Positions 1 through 9,350 are shown, counted from the stretch's first letter. The stretch: DNA of 44,265 nucleotides from Dysgonamonadaceae bacterium (GCA_028696875.1 JAQVGF010000002.1:1-44265), one strand, 5' to 3'. Notes: generated by a model from the sequence alone, not told the origin. Translations and numbers: made by a program.

Positions 1-2
1 AT

Positions 3-197
3 TTACCGTTTGCGAAATTTAGAGGTCGGTTTGCCTGGTTTATTTGGATGTTTCTTCACCTGATGTTAATTTTGAGCGTGCGCAATAAGTTGGTGATCTT
101 TATAAATTGGGCATGGAACTATATTACAAAAAACAGCTCGTTGCGATTAATTCTTATTGATGAAAAGGAAGAGGATGACGATTCAGGAGATACTTGA
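3..197 (+). CDS. Type II NADH dehydrogenase / NAD(P)/FAD-dependent oxidoreductase, C-terminal fragment (start lies outside the window)
   Basis: Frame 3 is open from the window edge to TGA at 195-197. The translation LPFAKFRGRFAWFIWMFLHLMLILSVRNKLVIFINWAWNYITKNSSLRLI... matches my memory of the conserved NDH-2 C-terminal membrane-anchor helix (F.AW..W..VHL......RN+L.V..NW.W.Y.T). Confidence 0.6.
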   Translation, partial: LPFAKFRGRFAWFIWMFLHLMLILSVRNKLVIFINWAWNYITKNSSLRLILIDEKEEDDDSGDT

Positions 198-260
198 GTA
201 CTAAACAAATCATATTGATTCATATTAAGGCGTACCGATGCCAGCGAATCTACAATAATC

Positions 261-995
261 TCACCTCTTCAACGCCGCCTTACTAAATATATAAGCCGGT
301 ATCTCCACATCAAACTCAATTTCAAGAACTACAAAGTCAGTCCCCTTTCCATCTTTCAGCATATCTTTATAGTTCATTTTAGTGGGATACCACTTGCCAT
401 CTATTCTCTTTACATCTTTCAGCTCAGTACGCTTTAGCAATTGTCCGCTTTTAGCAAACAGTTCTTCCCTTAATGGGACATATCTTTCCGTATCAATCCA
501 TACTTTCCGACTATCATAACTGGCATCATCCACTTTTGCATTCAACTGCAGAACCCATGTTTTTCTTTCATCAATTGTTTCTTCACCAATCACTTTCGCA
601 TCATACATTTCAGTGAGCTTTCTGTTTTCCATCATATCTTCATAAGATAGATCGGAGCCCATAAGTGATTGTTTCAGCATGTGTCCAGACAATTGAATGG
701 TGCGATCGGTAGATGGTGAGTAAATCCACAAGTTATCTTCCAATTTGAGCATCTTTGTTCCCCTTTCTCTTGCAGGAGCAAGGTATTCTGAGAATGACTT
801 GTTTTTGCCCTCTGCGTATCCTACTGAAGTAACGGTGCGTTGATTCCTTCGACCATATATTATCATGTCCGATTTCGTAATGCTCGTGTTTGAGTTGATG
901 TTATCATCTACTTTGTTGAGTATAGCGGTGGCATCTTGTGCGTTGGTTTGCGTAATAGATAACAGAGCAAACAGTAATACAAATAAATATTTCAT
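261..995 (-). CDS. LolA-like outer membrane lipoprotein-sorting protein family (periplasmic, signal peptide)
   Basis: 244-aa ORF with signal peptide MKYLFVLLFALLSITQTNAQ. The LEDNLWIYSPSTDRTIQLSG and WVLQL..K regions are typical of the LolA_like family that accompanies FtsX-type ABC permeases. It is the last gene of a co-directional operon. Confidence 0.7.
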   Translation of the reverse strand: MKYLFVLLFALLSITQTNAQDATAILNKVDDNINSNTSITKSDMIIYGRRNQRTVTSVGYAEGKNKSFSEYLAPARERGTKMLKLEDNLWIYSPSTDRTIQLSGHMLKQSLMGSDLSYEDMMENRKLTEMYDAKVIGEETIDERKTWVLQLNAKVDDASYDSRKVWIDTERYVPLREELFAKSGQLLKRTELKDVKRIDGKWYPTKMNYKDMLKDGKGTDFVVLEIEFDVEIPAYIFSKAALKR

Positions 996-1022
996 TTTTG
1001 TTGTTTTTAAATTGTTGAAAAA

Positions 1023-2297
1023 TTAAACTTCTAACTCTTTAAAGAGCGTGGCTGTTTCTCGTTTGTAAATGCCAATGCCCGAAAGCATAGTGCCAATTAC
1101 CATAGCCAACACACCAGGAATAAACCCTATGTATAATAGTTGAGGGGTGAATTTCGATTTCAATACCGAAGGCATCATCATGGTGGCATCTTTCATCATG
1201 CCACTAATGTCAATACCATAGCGTTGCATCAACAATGTGACACCAATCCCTAATGCAGTGCCAATGACGGAACCAATTGTACCAATCAATAGAGCTTCGT
1301 AAATCATGGCTCTATAAATATGCCCTTTGCTTTCGCCCAACGCCAATCTGATACCAAACTCTTGATACCTGCGCAAACCTCCAATTAGGCCTGTATTCCA
1401 AAGTACGATGGACATGACTAACACAAAGATGATTACAAACATGCTTGATACGGAATCAACTAAATCTAAGTAACCACCCATTGCGTTTTGTTCACCCAAA
1501 GTTTTCATCACAGGAGCAAACTCATCTGAACTACTTGCATATTTTGTATTAAACTCTTTACTCATCTCCTCGACTTGATCTTGCATAAACACTTCGTCTT
1601 TGTAGAATCCCAATATTTCGCCTGTTCCATCAGCCATATCAAGCATCTGTTGAGCATCGGCAAAATCGATGATGATAGTACCTTTGTCCATTGCTGCTAT
1701 ACCAAACCGAACAGTACCGCTTATTATAAATTTGGAAAAGGTCATGCTTCCATACATGGTACTCCCCATAAAGGTGAGTTCATCTCCTACTTTCACTTTT
1801 AGTTTATCGGCAAACTCATAGCCAATCAATACCTCTCCACTTTTTTCGGGGATTTTGCCTGCCACCAAAGACTCTTCAAGGTTCAATCGGTCCACCTCAC
1901 CGCTTGAATCAGAAAAAAGCTCCACAGCCATTCCACTGGCAGGTCCCTGTCCTTTCGACTGGTCGTTCTCGCCTGGAGCATCAATGATGCCACCAAAGTT
2001 GATACGGTTTACCCATGTGTAATCTGGAAAATCATTGTTCAACTCTTCATGCACTTCATCAATTCCCAAAAGGGCAAGGTCGTTGGGCATTTGATCAACA
2101 TTATCGGCATAAGCCCTTGTCATTACTTTCGCGTGTCCAGTTTGAAAACGCGCATTTTGATCAATAATATCACCCAGCATTCCGCTTAAATATCCACTTA
2201 GTGCAATGGTGAGAAGTACCCCCGTTGCTACAACCGTAATTGGCAACAAGCTTCTATTTTTGTCCCTTAATATTGCTTTAAATATAAATTTTATCAT
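1023..2297 (-). CDS. ABC transporter permease, FtsX/MacB type (424 aa)
   Basis: N-terminal TM helix, a ~250-aa periplasmic domain and a C-terminal 3-TM FtsX domain (RRYQEFGIRLALGESKGHIYRAMIYEALLIG). Its stop overlaps the start of the upstream gene by 4 nt. Confidence 0.85.
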   Translation of the reverse strand: MIKFIFKAILRDKNRSLLPITVVATGVLLTIALSGYLSGMLGDIIDQNARFQTGHAKVMTRAYADNVDQMPNDLALLGIDEVHEELNNDFPDYTWVNRINFGGIIDAPGENDQSKGQGPASGMAVELFSDSSGEVDRLNLEESLVAGKIPEKSGEVLIGYEFADKLKVKVGDELTFMGSTMYGSMTFSKFIISGTVRFGIAAMDKGTIIIDFADAQQMLDMADGTGEILGFYKDEVFMQDQVEEMSKEFNTKYASSSDEFAPVMKTLGEQNAMGGYLDLVDSVSSMFVIIFVLVMSIVLWNTGLIGGLRRYQEFGIRLALGESKGHIYRAMIYEALLIGTIGSVIGTALGIGVTLLMQRYGIDISGMMKDATMMMPSVLKSKFTPQLLYIGFIPGVLAMVIGTMLSGIGIYKRETATLFKELEV

Positions 2298-3451
2298 TGT
2301 AGTTTCCCTTTTAATGCGTTTACTGGATTTAATGTTGATATTTTTCGTGCAGGTATAAAACTGACCAAAGTGGCAGAAAAGACGAGCACTAAAAACGTTC
2401 CTATAATAAGTGTTGCTCCAAATGTTGGATAGATAATATCGGACAGATGAACGCCCATTCCTTCTATACTACGCCCAACGTTTATGCCATGGCTTGAAGT
2501 ATAGTAAAATAGAGGGGCTCCAATTATTAAGCCTACTACTCCTGCAAACAGGCTGTACATACTGCCTTCAATTGTAAATATTTTCAATACTTGTTGTCTT
2601 GTCATTCCTAAGGCTATATATGTCCCTATTTCACGTTGTCTTCTAAAAATAGAAAGCACCTGTGTATCAAAAACGGCCAATAGCCCAAGGGCTAAAAGGA
2701 TTGAATAGACTATTATAGAGCCAATTCTTTCGGCTTGAACAGCAGAATCAAAATCTTTTAGAAGACCCGCAAGGTTATGAAACTCCCATCCCTCTATTTG
2801 ACTGGATTGATATTGCTCATTGGCAATATACATGGTAGCTTCATTGGTTAATCCGGTCATTTGCCAAAGTTTCTCAATTGGCATCCAAATTTGTCCGTTA
2901 TCGATAGCGGTTACGTTAGAGTCAAATATTACTGCAATTGTGATATTTGTAGCATCATAAGTGCCATTTTTATCTCTCCAGCGGAGCAAAATATCATCTC
3001 CCTTCTCCACCTTTAAAGATTGAGCCATGCGTTCGCCAATCAATACTGGTAGGTTGGCATCGCTTTTAGTTAGCAGGTTGATGGGAAGATTAATAACATC
3101 CTGATCTATAGGAATCCCTTTAATAATTGTAGGGTTCATTCTTCCATTTGGATATACTGTTGCTTGTTGTATTAGCACTGGTGTTAGGTTTTCACTTTCT
3201 GCTTCTGATAAAGTGCCATGCGAATTCTTTATTGTAAAAACATCGTATGGGTCATAATCTGCGTGATACAACTGCCCGTTGCCATATTCCCAATTTTTTG
3301 CATCTAAACGTCCTTGTTCCTGCCAACCGTTTAGAAAACCATTGTAGAAAACTATTACTATAAAACAAAATGCTAATACACTTACATTGAGCCAAGTTCC
3401 TAATCCGGCTCCTATAAGATTTTTAAATGCCATTCTCAATGCTATTCTCAT
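2294..3451 (-). CDS. ABC transporter permease, FtsX/MacB type (385 aa, paralogue B)
   Basis: MacB-like topology. The FtsX motif is FRRQREIGTYIALGMTRQQVLKIFTIEGSMY. It aligns along its full length to the adjacent 385-aa ORF, and the junctions on both sides overlap by 4 nt. Confidence 0.85.
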   Translation of the reverse strand: MRIALRMAFKNLIGAGLGTWLNVSVLAFCFIVIVFYNGFLNGWQEQGRLDAKNWEYGNGQLYHADYDPYDVFTIKNSHGTLSEAESENLTPVLIQQATVYPNGRMNPTIIKGIPIDQDVINLPINLLTKSDANLPVLIGERMAQSLKVEKGDDILLRWRDKNGTYDATNITIAVIFDSNVTAIDNGQIWMPIEKLWQMTGLTNEATMYIANEQYQSSQIEGWEFHNLAGLLKDFDSAVQAERIGSIIVYSILLALGLLAVFDTQVLSIFRRQREIGTYIALGMTRQQVLKIFTIEGSMYSLFAGVVGLIIGAPLFYYTSSHGINVGRSIEGMGVHLSDIIYPTFGATLIIGTFLVLVFSATLVSFIPARKISTLNPVNALKGKLQ

Positions 3452-4605
3452 TGTACTTTCCCTTTTAATGCTTCAACAGGGTTCATGCGAGCAATTTTAC
3501 GTGCAGGTAAAAAACTTACAATTGTAGCTGATAATATAACCAAGACTATTGTTCCTACAATTAGTCCTATTCCGTAAATTGGATACATGCGTTCAGCCAT
3601 AATAATACCGAATTCTGATCCACTCATGCCAAACCCAATACCTTTTACTGATAAATACCATAAGATGGGTATTCCATATATTGCCCCTATTATGGTTGCA
3701 AATACACTATACATTGCACCTTCTACTGTGAACATGCGTACTACTTGCCAACGCGTCATGCCCAGCGCAATGTAGGTGCCAATTTCTTTTTGTCGCCTAA
3801 AGATGGAAAGTACTTGTGTATCGAAAATTGCTAACAACCCCAGCATCATGAGCACTACATAAAGAATAGAGCCACCTATCTTTTTTGCATTAATCAATTT
3901 TGTTTGCTCTCGCATCAAGTACTCTTGGTTTTCAAACTCCCATCCTGCTATTTCGGTCTGTTTGTATTGTTCATTTGCTACAAAATAAGTTGTTTTGTTT
4001 TCAAGCAACGTCATCTCACGCACTTTATCTATCGACATCCATATTTGTCCGCCATCAACAAATGGTACATTTGTTTCAAAAACTCCAGCAACGGTTACAG
4101 TTGCAGCATCATACGTGCCATTTTTGTCTCTCCACCGCAACAGCAACTCGTCTCCTCTGTTCACTTTTGCCGATTCGGACATGCGTTCACCAATAATAAT
4201 TGGAATTGCAGCACTGCTCTCATTTAACAGATGAGTAGGCAGATACAAAGTTTCTTGCTTGGGGTCTATTCCTTTTATATTAATAGAGATCATTCTACCT
4301 TTAGGGTATATGTTTCCTTGCCTTATTAGTATAGGTGTAAGATTATTCTGATTAGATTCTGACAACTCTCCATATCCATCTTGAATTGAAAAGGGGTCGT
4401 AAGGGTCATAATTCTCATTAAGCAGATGCCCATGTCCATATTCCCAATGTATGGCATCTATTTTGGCTTGTTCGTTCCAACCATCAATTAGCCCGTTGTA
4501 GAAAATAATCACTATAAAGGCAAATGACAGCACACCCGCATTGAGCCAAGTTCTCAAACCTGCTCCCATAAGATTTTTGTAGGCTAAATGGAATGCTAGT
4601 TTCAT
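3448..4605 (-). CDS. ABC transporter permease, FtsX/MacB type (385 aa, paralogue A)
   Basis: Same architecture as 2294..3451. Shared blocks include LRTWLN, LLLRWRDKNGTYDA, GQIWM and FDTQVLSIFRRQ+EIGTYIALGMTR. It overlaps the ATPase gene by 4 nt. Confidence 0.85.
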   Translation of the reverse strand: MKLAFHLAYKNLMGAGLRTWLNAGVLSFAFIVIIFYNGLIDGWNEQAKIDAIHWEYGHGHLLNENYDPYDPFSIQDGYGELSESNQNNLTPILIRQGNIYPKGRMISINIKGIDPKQETLYLPTHLLNESSAAIPIIIGERMSESAKVNRGDELLLRWRDKNGTYDAATVTVAGVFETNVPFVDGGQIWMSIDKVREMTLLENKTTYFVANEQYKQTEIAGWEFENQEYLMREQTKLINAKKIGGSILYVVLMMLGLLAIFDTQVLSIFRRQKEIGTYIALGMTRWQVVRMFTVEGAMYSVFATIIGAIYGIPILWYLSVKGIGFGMSGSEFGIIMAERMYPIYGIGLIVGTIVLVILSATIVSFLPARKIARMNPVEALKGKVQ

Positions 4606-5315
4606 ACTGTTTTGTTTTCGGCCTGTTTGATAAATTCATCTTCTGCAACTTCGCCATCTTCTAGATGGACAAGGCGGTTGAGGTATTGCATCACTTTTTC
4701 GTCATGTGTGGAAAAGAGGAATGTAGTATTCAACTCTTTGTTCAAATTTTTCATTGTTTGAATAATGGCATGTGCATTAGTAGCATCCAAGTTGGCTGTT
4801 GGTTCGTCGGCCAAAACAAGTTCAGGCTCTTTTACCATTGCGCGAGCAATGGCTACACGCTGTCCTTCACCTCCCGATAGTTTTGAAGGTCTTTTGTTTG
4901 CCATGTTTTCCAGTCCAACCCATTCCAAAGCCTGCATCACTTTCTTTTTGCGTTCACTTGCACTACGGTTTTGAAGAATCAGAGCAAACTCTACATTCTC
5001 GAACACCGTATATACTGGAAGTAAATTATAGACCTGAAAGATGAAACCAATGTGCAAATTGCGCAATTGCGCTGCTTGTTTGTGCGACAAGTCTGCTATC
5101 TTTTGTCCCATCACAGTTGCACTTCCTTCCGTTGGGGTGTCCAGTGAACCAATAATATTTAGCAGCGTTGTTTTACCCGAACCACTCGGTCCGACAACAC
5201 CTGCGAACTCGCCTTTTTCAAAAGTCAAGTTGATATTGCTCAATGCTGTAAATTCGCCATCCCCTTCGGGGTAGCGTTTAACTAAGTTCTCTGTAATAAT
5301 AATTTTTTCTGACAT
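4602..5315 (-). CDS. ABC transporter ATP-binding protein (LolD/MacB-type NBD)
   Basis: Walker A is GPSGSGKTT, the Q-loop is present, the signature is [14 protein letters not shown], Walker B is LVLADEPT and the H-loop is STHD. Confidence 0.9.
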   Translation of the reverse strand: MSEKIIITENLVKRYPEGDGEFTALSNINLTFEKGEFAGVVGPSGSGKTTLLNIIGSLDTPTEGSATVMGQKIADLSHKQAAQLRNLHIGFIFQVYNLLPVYTVFENVEFALILQNRSASERKKKVMQALEWVGLENMANKRPSKLSGGEGQRVAIARAMVKEPELVLADEPTANLDATNAHAIIQTMKNLNKELNTTFLFSTHDEKVMQYLNRLVHLEDGEVAEDEFIKQAENKTV

Positions 5316-5328
5316 AGTTTTTGTTGTA

Positions 5329-6468
5329 TTAATGGTTATATACCAGCATTAATCTGATACCTGGTCCCGAAAAAGAGTTCTCATAGCTAATGCTACCTAT
5401 ACTCTGCTGACTTTTAGGATTATAATAGGCCATTATATAGCCTGTGAATTTCTGAAATTGGTGTTCGTAGTTTAGAAAAAATGCGAAGTCTTCCGACTTC
5501 CATGAATAGTATAATAGGGTGCTTATATTGTTGAAGAGTCCCAGCGGATAACTGATAGAAGTTGCTGTAACATTAGAATTGTTTTCAAATGCAAATGCTT
5601 TTTGGTCATAGGTCGAAGTCATGTTTTCAAGGGTAACATTCAATCCATTTCCTATGGCAAAAGTGTAATCAACACCTAATGTTAGAAAAGATTGATTGGT
5701 AAGCATGCCTACATCTTTAGTTTTGTTTATGTGTACTGCTTCAAACCATGCACCCACACCTATATCCCATTTCCCGTCAAGAGCATACCTGTTTTCTGGA
5801 ATATTCTCATACGAAAGCATACCTGCTACATTTTCCGAGCTGGCACTTCTGTGATGATAGGTTAGTGCAATCTCTCCCTTTGGAACTGGCAGTTGCAGAC
5901 GCCCTCCAAATTCAGGTTTGTCTTTATTGTTTTTAAGGCTTTCAAAGCCTCGCGGGTTTTCGTTACCATACAACATCCAAGTCCATATATTAGCATTATT
6001 CAAAAAATAGTATCTAAGCAATGCTCCATACACTCCTGTAGTAAATTTCAGTGGGTCGCGTGCATCCATTTCATCAAACCATTGCAAGGGGCGAAGCATC
6101 ATAGCTGTTCCAAAATTTATTTTTTGCAAACCTAATCTTACTTCGTATTGTTGTCCAGAGTATCGCGCCCATACCCTGTATGGTTTGATGGCTCCATCTG
6201 TTTCGGCTCTATCGAAAGGATGAAACAACACAGAACCATTTATATTAGCCGACAGTTCAAAATCGAGGAGTGATCTGTTTTCGAAAGTATAACCATAATT
6301 TAATTCAGGTAGGTATCGCCCCCCAAAGAATAAGTCTAAATCGTTATCAGGGCTATAGCTCCCATAGGCAGATGCTTCACCTTTAAATTCAAACTCATGT
6401 TGAGCGTGAACATCCAAGTAAATTAAAAGTAAAATTAGTAGAAATATCGGAGCTATAAGCTTTTTCAT
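5329..6468 (-). CDS. Putative outer-membrane beta-barrel (porin-like) protein
   Basis: Signal peptide MKKLIAPIFLLILLLIYLDVHAQ. The alternating aromatic/hydrophilic pattern and many Y/G/N-rich strands are typical of beta-barrels. No specific family was recognised. It lies between the TetR and ABC genes. Confidence 0.5.
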   Translation of the reverse strand: MKKLIAPIFLLILLLIYLDVHAQHEFEFKGEASAYGSYSPDNDLDLFFGGRYLPELNYGYTFENRSLLDFELSANINGSVLFHPFDRAETDGAIKPYRVWARYSGQQYEVRLGLQKINFGTAMMLRPLQWFDEMDARDPLKFTTGVYGALLRYYFLNNANIWTWMLYGNENPRGFESLKNNKDKPEFGGRLQLPVPKGEIALTYHHRSASSENVAGMLSYENIPENRYALDGKWDIGVGAWFEAVHINKTKDVGMLTNQSFLTLGVDYTFAIGNGLNVTLENMTSTYDQKAFAFENNSNVTATSISYPLGLFNNISTLLYYSWKSEDFAFFLNYEHQFQKFTGYIMAYYNPKSQQSIGSISYENSFSGPGIRLMLVYNH

Positions 6469-6489
6469 CCTGTCGATTATTTATGAAAT

Positions 6490-7065
6490 TTACAAAATGC
6501 CATAGAAAAAGTAATTGGTCAATTCCATTATTAAATCCTGCTTTGATTGATATAACTTAGAGAGATTTTCGTCCATCACTTTTTCGCTAATATCTTTAAG
6601 TAGATACAAAAGAAACTCCGGTTTAATATTTTTTCGAATTTCACCCTGTTGTTGAGCTTCAATCATATCTTCAACAATTTCTGAATGATAACTTTCAGTA
6701 CTTTCATTAATTAGTTTTTGCAGATCGGGATACTCATTATTTAAAATGTCATTAAAGAACTCTTCGCCCATATTTTCGGATGCTTTTTGTTCTAAAGCAA
6801 TCACCTGATTAATTTTAGAAGCAAAAGCAATGTCCTGTTTCATAATTGCTCTGTATTGATCGTGCCATTCGGCCAAAACATTGATAAGCAAGTATTCTGC
6901 AAGCGCATCTTTTTTTTTAAAAAACTTGTAAAAAGTCATTTTACTTACATAGGCTTCTTTGCATATTTCTTCAACTGTAACTCTTTTGATTCCATATTTC
7001 CAAAACAATGTTTTGGCAGTAGCAGCTATATCTTGAAATTTTTTATTGTTTTTAAATTCTTCCAT
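6490..7065 (-). CDS. TetR/AcrR family transcriptional regulator
   Basis: N-terminal HTH KRVTVEEICKEAYVSKMTFYKFFKKKDAL is typical of the TetR_N domain. It is 191 aa and is the first gene of the transporter operon. Confidence 0.85.
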   Translation of the reverse strand: MEEFKNNKKFQDIAATAKTLFWKYGIKRVTVEEICKEAYVSKMTFYKFFKKKDALAEYLLINVLAEWHDQYRAIMKQDIAFASKINQVIALEQKASENMGEEFFNDILNNEYPDLQKLINESTESYHSEIVEDMIEAQQQGEIRKNIKPEFLLYLLKDISEKVMDENLSKLYQSKQDLIMELTNYFFYGIL

Positions 7066-7127
7066 AATTTCTTACGAGTAAAACTTTTTATTTTATGCTT
7101 GGTATCATTAAAATCATTATTTTAAAA

Positions 7128-7147
7128 ATGTCCGTTATTTCGGATAT
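7128..7147. promoter_or_regulatory. Imperfect palindrome ATGTCCG-N6-CGGATAT, a candidate TetR operator
   Basis: It lies 63-82 nt upstream of the TetR start codon, in the 490-bp divergent spacer. Arms match 6 of 7. Confidence 0.25.
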
Positions 7148-7184
7148 TGAAAAATTATAGCTTTTTAGAGCAAACTATCCAGCA

Positions 7185-7230
7185 TTAAGTATACAAATAT
7201 AGTATTATTAGGTTGAAAACGTATACTTAA
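7185..7230. promoter_or_regulatory. Perfect 10-bp inverted repeat TTAAGTATAC ... GTATACTTAA (26-nt spacer)
   Basis: Read directly: 7185-7194 is the reverse complement of 7221-7230. It is located in the TetR/DUF5040-like divergent spacer. Confidence 0.3.
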
Positions 7231-7510
7231 GAGTCATCTTTTGTTTTTATTTAATAGTAAGGTGTGTATAATTTCAAAGGATGTTTTGGATAAATAAAGG
7301 ATATGGTATGGATATGTCTAAATGCACAATGAAATAAGCTTTAATAATTTAAACCCTCGCACTTAAATCTAATGCATATCTACGTAAAAATAAATCTTGT
7401 TGACGAGCATTTGGGAAACTTCTGCAAGCTCAAAGATTAATAAAAACGCAAAAAGGTAATATTTCTCATGTTGTCATTACCCAACCTTTCTTGATGTTAT
7501 AAATTTATTC

Positions 7511-7518
7511 TATTTTTG
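7511..7518 (+). promoter_or_regulatory. Bacteroidota -7 box (TAnnTTTG) for the 7556 gene
   Basis: TATTTTTG lies 38 nt upstream of the ATG. Confidence 0.35.
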
Positions 7519-7555
7519 TATTACATCTTTATACAAAAAACAAATTATAGATAAC

Positions 7556-8326
7556 ATGAAACGAATCAATTTATTACTAATCTTCTCGCTATTAATTTCT
7601 TTTTCTTTTGCCCAATTAGATAAAACGCAAGAAAAACTCACATTTCTTTTAACCGGTGCCTCCTTTGCTTCGCCCAATAATGGCTGGTTCGAGTTAGGGT
7701 GCGATGTGCTGGGTGCAAAACCGTTAAACCGGGCAGTTGGAGGCGAAGCAATTGCGGACGCCGCAAATCGGATGATTGACAGCTCATTGTATAGTGCCGA
7801 AGAGTTTGAAGAGATTGATGCATTGGTGATAATGCAAGTGCATGATAGGGACGTTTTTGAAGATTCAGGAATTATAGAAAACTACAAAGATTATAAAACT
7901 CCGTTTTCGCGTGAGAATTATGCTGCTGCATTCGATTATGTGATAAAACGATACATGGCTGAATGTTACAATCTCAAGTTTGATGAGAATTCAAAATATT
8001 ACAACTCGCGCCATGGCAAACCTGCGGTTATTGTTTTGTGCACACATTGGCACGATGCACGTATGATTTATAACTCTTCCGTTCGCCAATTGGCGCAGAA
8101 ATGGGGCTTCCCCGTTGTGGAGTTCGATAAATTTATCGGTTTTTCAAAGAATTCTCTTCATCCGGTTACCGGCGAGCAGGTTAGTCGAATATTCGCAGTT
8201 GATACACAAGAAAGTGATGGAGAAATTTACGGCTGGCATCCGGAAAACGGTCAGGATAAATATATTCAGCAGCGAATGGCAGCAATATTTGCTGATACGA
8301 TGAGAAAAATACTGGTTTTCAAATAA
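7556..8326 (+). CDS. Secreted SGNH/GDSL-hydrolase-like protein (DUF5040-like)
   Basis: Signal peptide MKRINLLLIFSLLISFSFAQ. The block FLLTGASFASPNNGW resembles SGNH block I with GAS in place of GDS. The size and layout resemble Bacteroides DUF5040 proteins as I remember them. Confidence 0.4.
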   Translation: MKRINLLLIFSLLISFSFAQLDKTQEKLTFLLTGASFASPNNGWFELGCDVLGAKPLNRAVGGEAIADAANRMIDSSLYSAEEFEEIDALVIMQVHDRDVFEDSGIIENYKDYKTPFSRENYAAAFDYVIKRYMAECYNLKFDENSKYYNSRHGKPAVIVLCTHWHDARMIYNSSVRQLAQKWGFPVVEFDKFIGFSKNSLHPVTGEQVSRIFAVDTQESDGEIYGWHPENGQDKYIQQRMAAIFADTMRKILVFK

Positions 8327-8405
8327 AAGTGATTCGAGTTATCATTGGGTATGCTACGAAATCATTTTTTCTTTCGTAAAAGACGCTATGACGCAAAGTA
8401 TGAGC

Positions 8406-8484
8406 CCTCTCTGGCTGGCGCAGGTCTCTGACCTCTGCCTTAGGAGTTAGAGGCGCAAGTCTGGAGACTTGCGCCAGCGAGAGG
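8406..8484. repeat. GC-rich palindromic REP-like element (CGCTGGCGC family), copy 1
   Basis: Arm CCTCTCTGGCTGGCGCAGGTCTC (8406-8428) pairs with GAGACTTGCGCCAGCGAGAGG (8464-8484). It contains a nested CCTCT/AGAGG hairpin and sits between convergent genes. Confidence 0.6.
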
Positions 8485-8504
8485 TTCATTCCTAAAACTT
8501 TATT

Positions 8505-9104
8505 TTAAATCGGTTTTCTTGCAAATAAGCGGATGATATCGGCTTCACCTTTGTGCATTGGACCTTCATCCAGATGCACCGTTAATTCAGAGCGTTCAAT
8601 TAGGTCAAGGGAGAGGAAGTCTTGTTTAATTTCCTCACATTCATAGAGCAGATGTTGACTACGTGGACCTCCGGTTTTGTTTCTTAGTTGAGTGGTGGTA
8701 AAAGCTTCAAGAATAATATGACCTCCGGGCTTCAGACTTTTTAGCAGATTTTGGTGTACCGTTTTTCTGATATCTGCCGGCATATGCACAAAAATCAGAG
8801 CAATAACATCGAAATATTCTTTTTCGCCATTAAATTCACTCAGATCGTGAATTTGATAGTTGATCTTTACCCCGTTTTCAGTTGCTAACTTCAGCGCTTT
8901 TTTTCGACCTTCCACACTTTGATCAAAGGCAGTAACTTCCCACCCTTTTGTGGAGGCATAAACTGCGTTACGACCTTCGCCCTCGCCAGGTAAAAGTAAT
9001 TTTCCCGGCGTTAGTTCATCCAATTTGGTGGCAAACCAGGCATTTGGTTGGGTACCATAAACGTATGTTTCAGCGAAATACCGCTCGTCCCATTTTTCTT
9101 TCAT
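8505..9104 (-). CDS. Class I SAM-dependent methyltransferase
   Basis: Motif I LLLPGEGEGRNAVYAS, then the acidic post-I residue (VTAFD), then the motif II/III region DVIALIFVH...LKPGGHIILE. 199 aa. Confidence 0.75.
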   Translation of the reverse strand: MKEKWDERYFAETYVYGTQPNAWFATKLDELTPGKLLLPGEGEGRNAVYASTKGWEVTAFDQSVEGRKKALKLATENGVKINYQIHDLSEFNGEKEYFDVIALIFVHMPADIRKTVHQNLLKSLKPGGHIILEAFTTTQLRNKTGGPRSQHLLYECEEIKQDFLSLDLIERSELTVHLDEGPMHKGEADIIRLFARKPI

Positions 9105-9317
9105 GTTAGATTAATTTTATTGCAAGTTTATAATAATATAAATGTAGTTTCGTTATTTCGGGTTTTCAGGCTTTGTCTTTGCCGCTTTCTTACCAAAGAA
9201 CTTAGGGAATAATCGTTTTTCGACAATAGTAGAACCAATTAAAGGCAATAAAGTTGATTTTTAACCTCTTCTTATAAAAGACTCGTTGATGTTTGCTGCA
9301 AAAATAAAGAAAAAGTT

Positions 9318-9325
9318 TATATTTG
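9318..9325 (+). promoter_or_regulatory. -7 box TATATTTG for the nif3-like gene
   Basis: Matches TAnnTTTG, 26 nt upstream of the ATG at 9351. Confidence 0.4.
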
Positions 9326-9350
9326 TCTGAACAACTAATAAATTTCTAAT

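Noticed and set aside
5055-5075. A second TTGCGCAATTGCGC palindrome, as a possible shared operator with the baeRF-like leader
   Set aside because: It lies in the middle of the ABC ATPase coding sequence, where it encodes part of ..[11 protein letters not shown].. on the minus strand. It is most simply coincidental.
3587-5274. Multiple 60-107-aa plus-strand ORFs inside the FtsX and ABC ATPase genes
   Set aside because: All are antisense to strongly supported genes and have no motifs. They are shadow ORFs.
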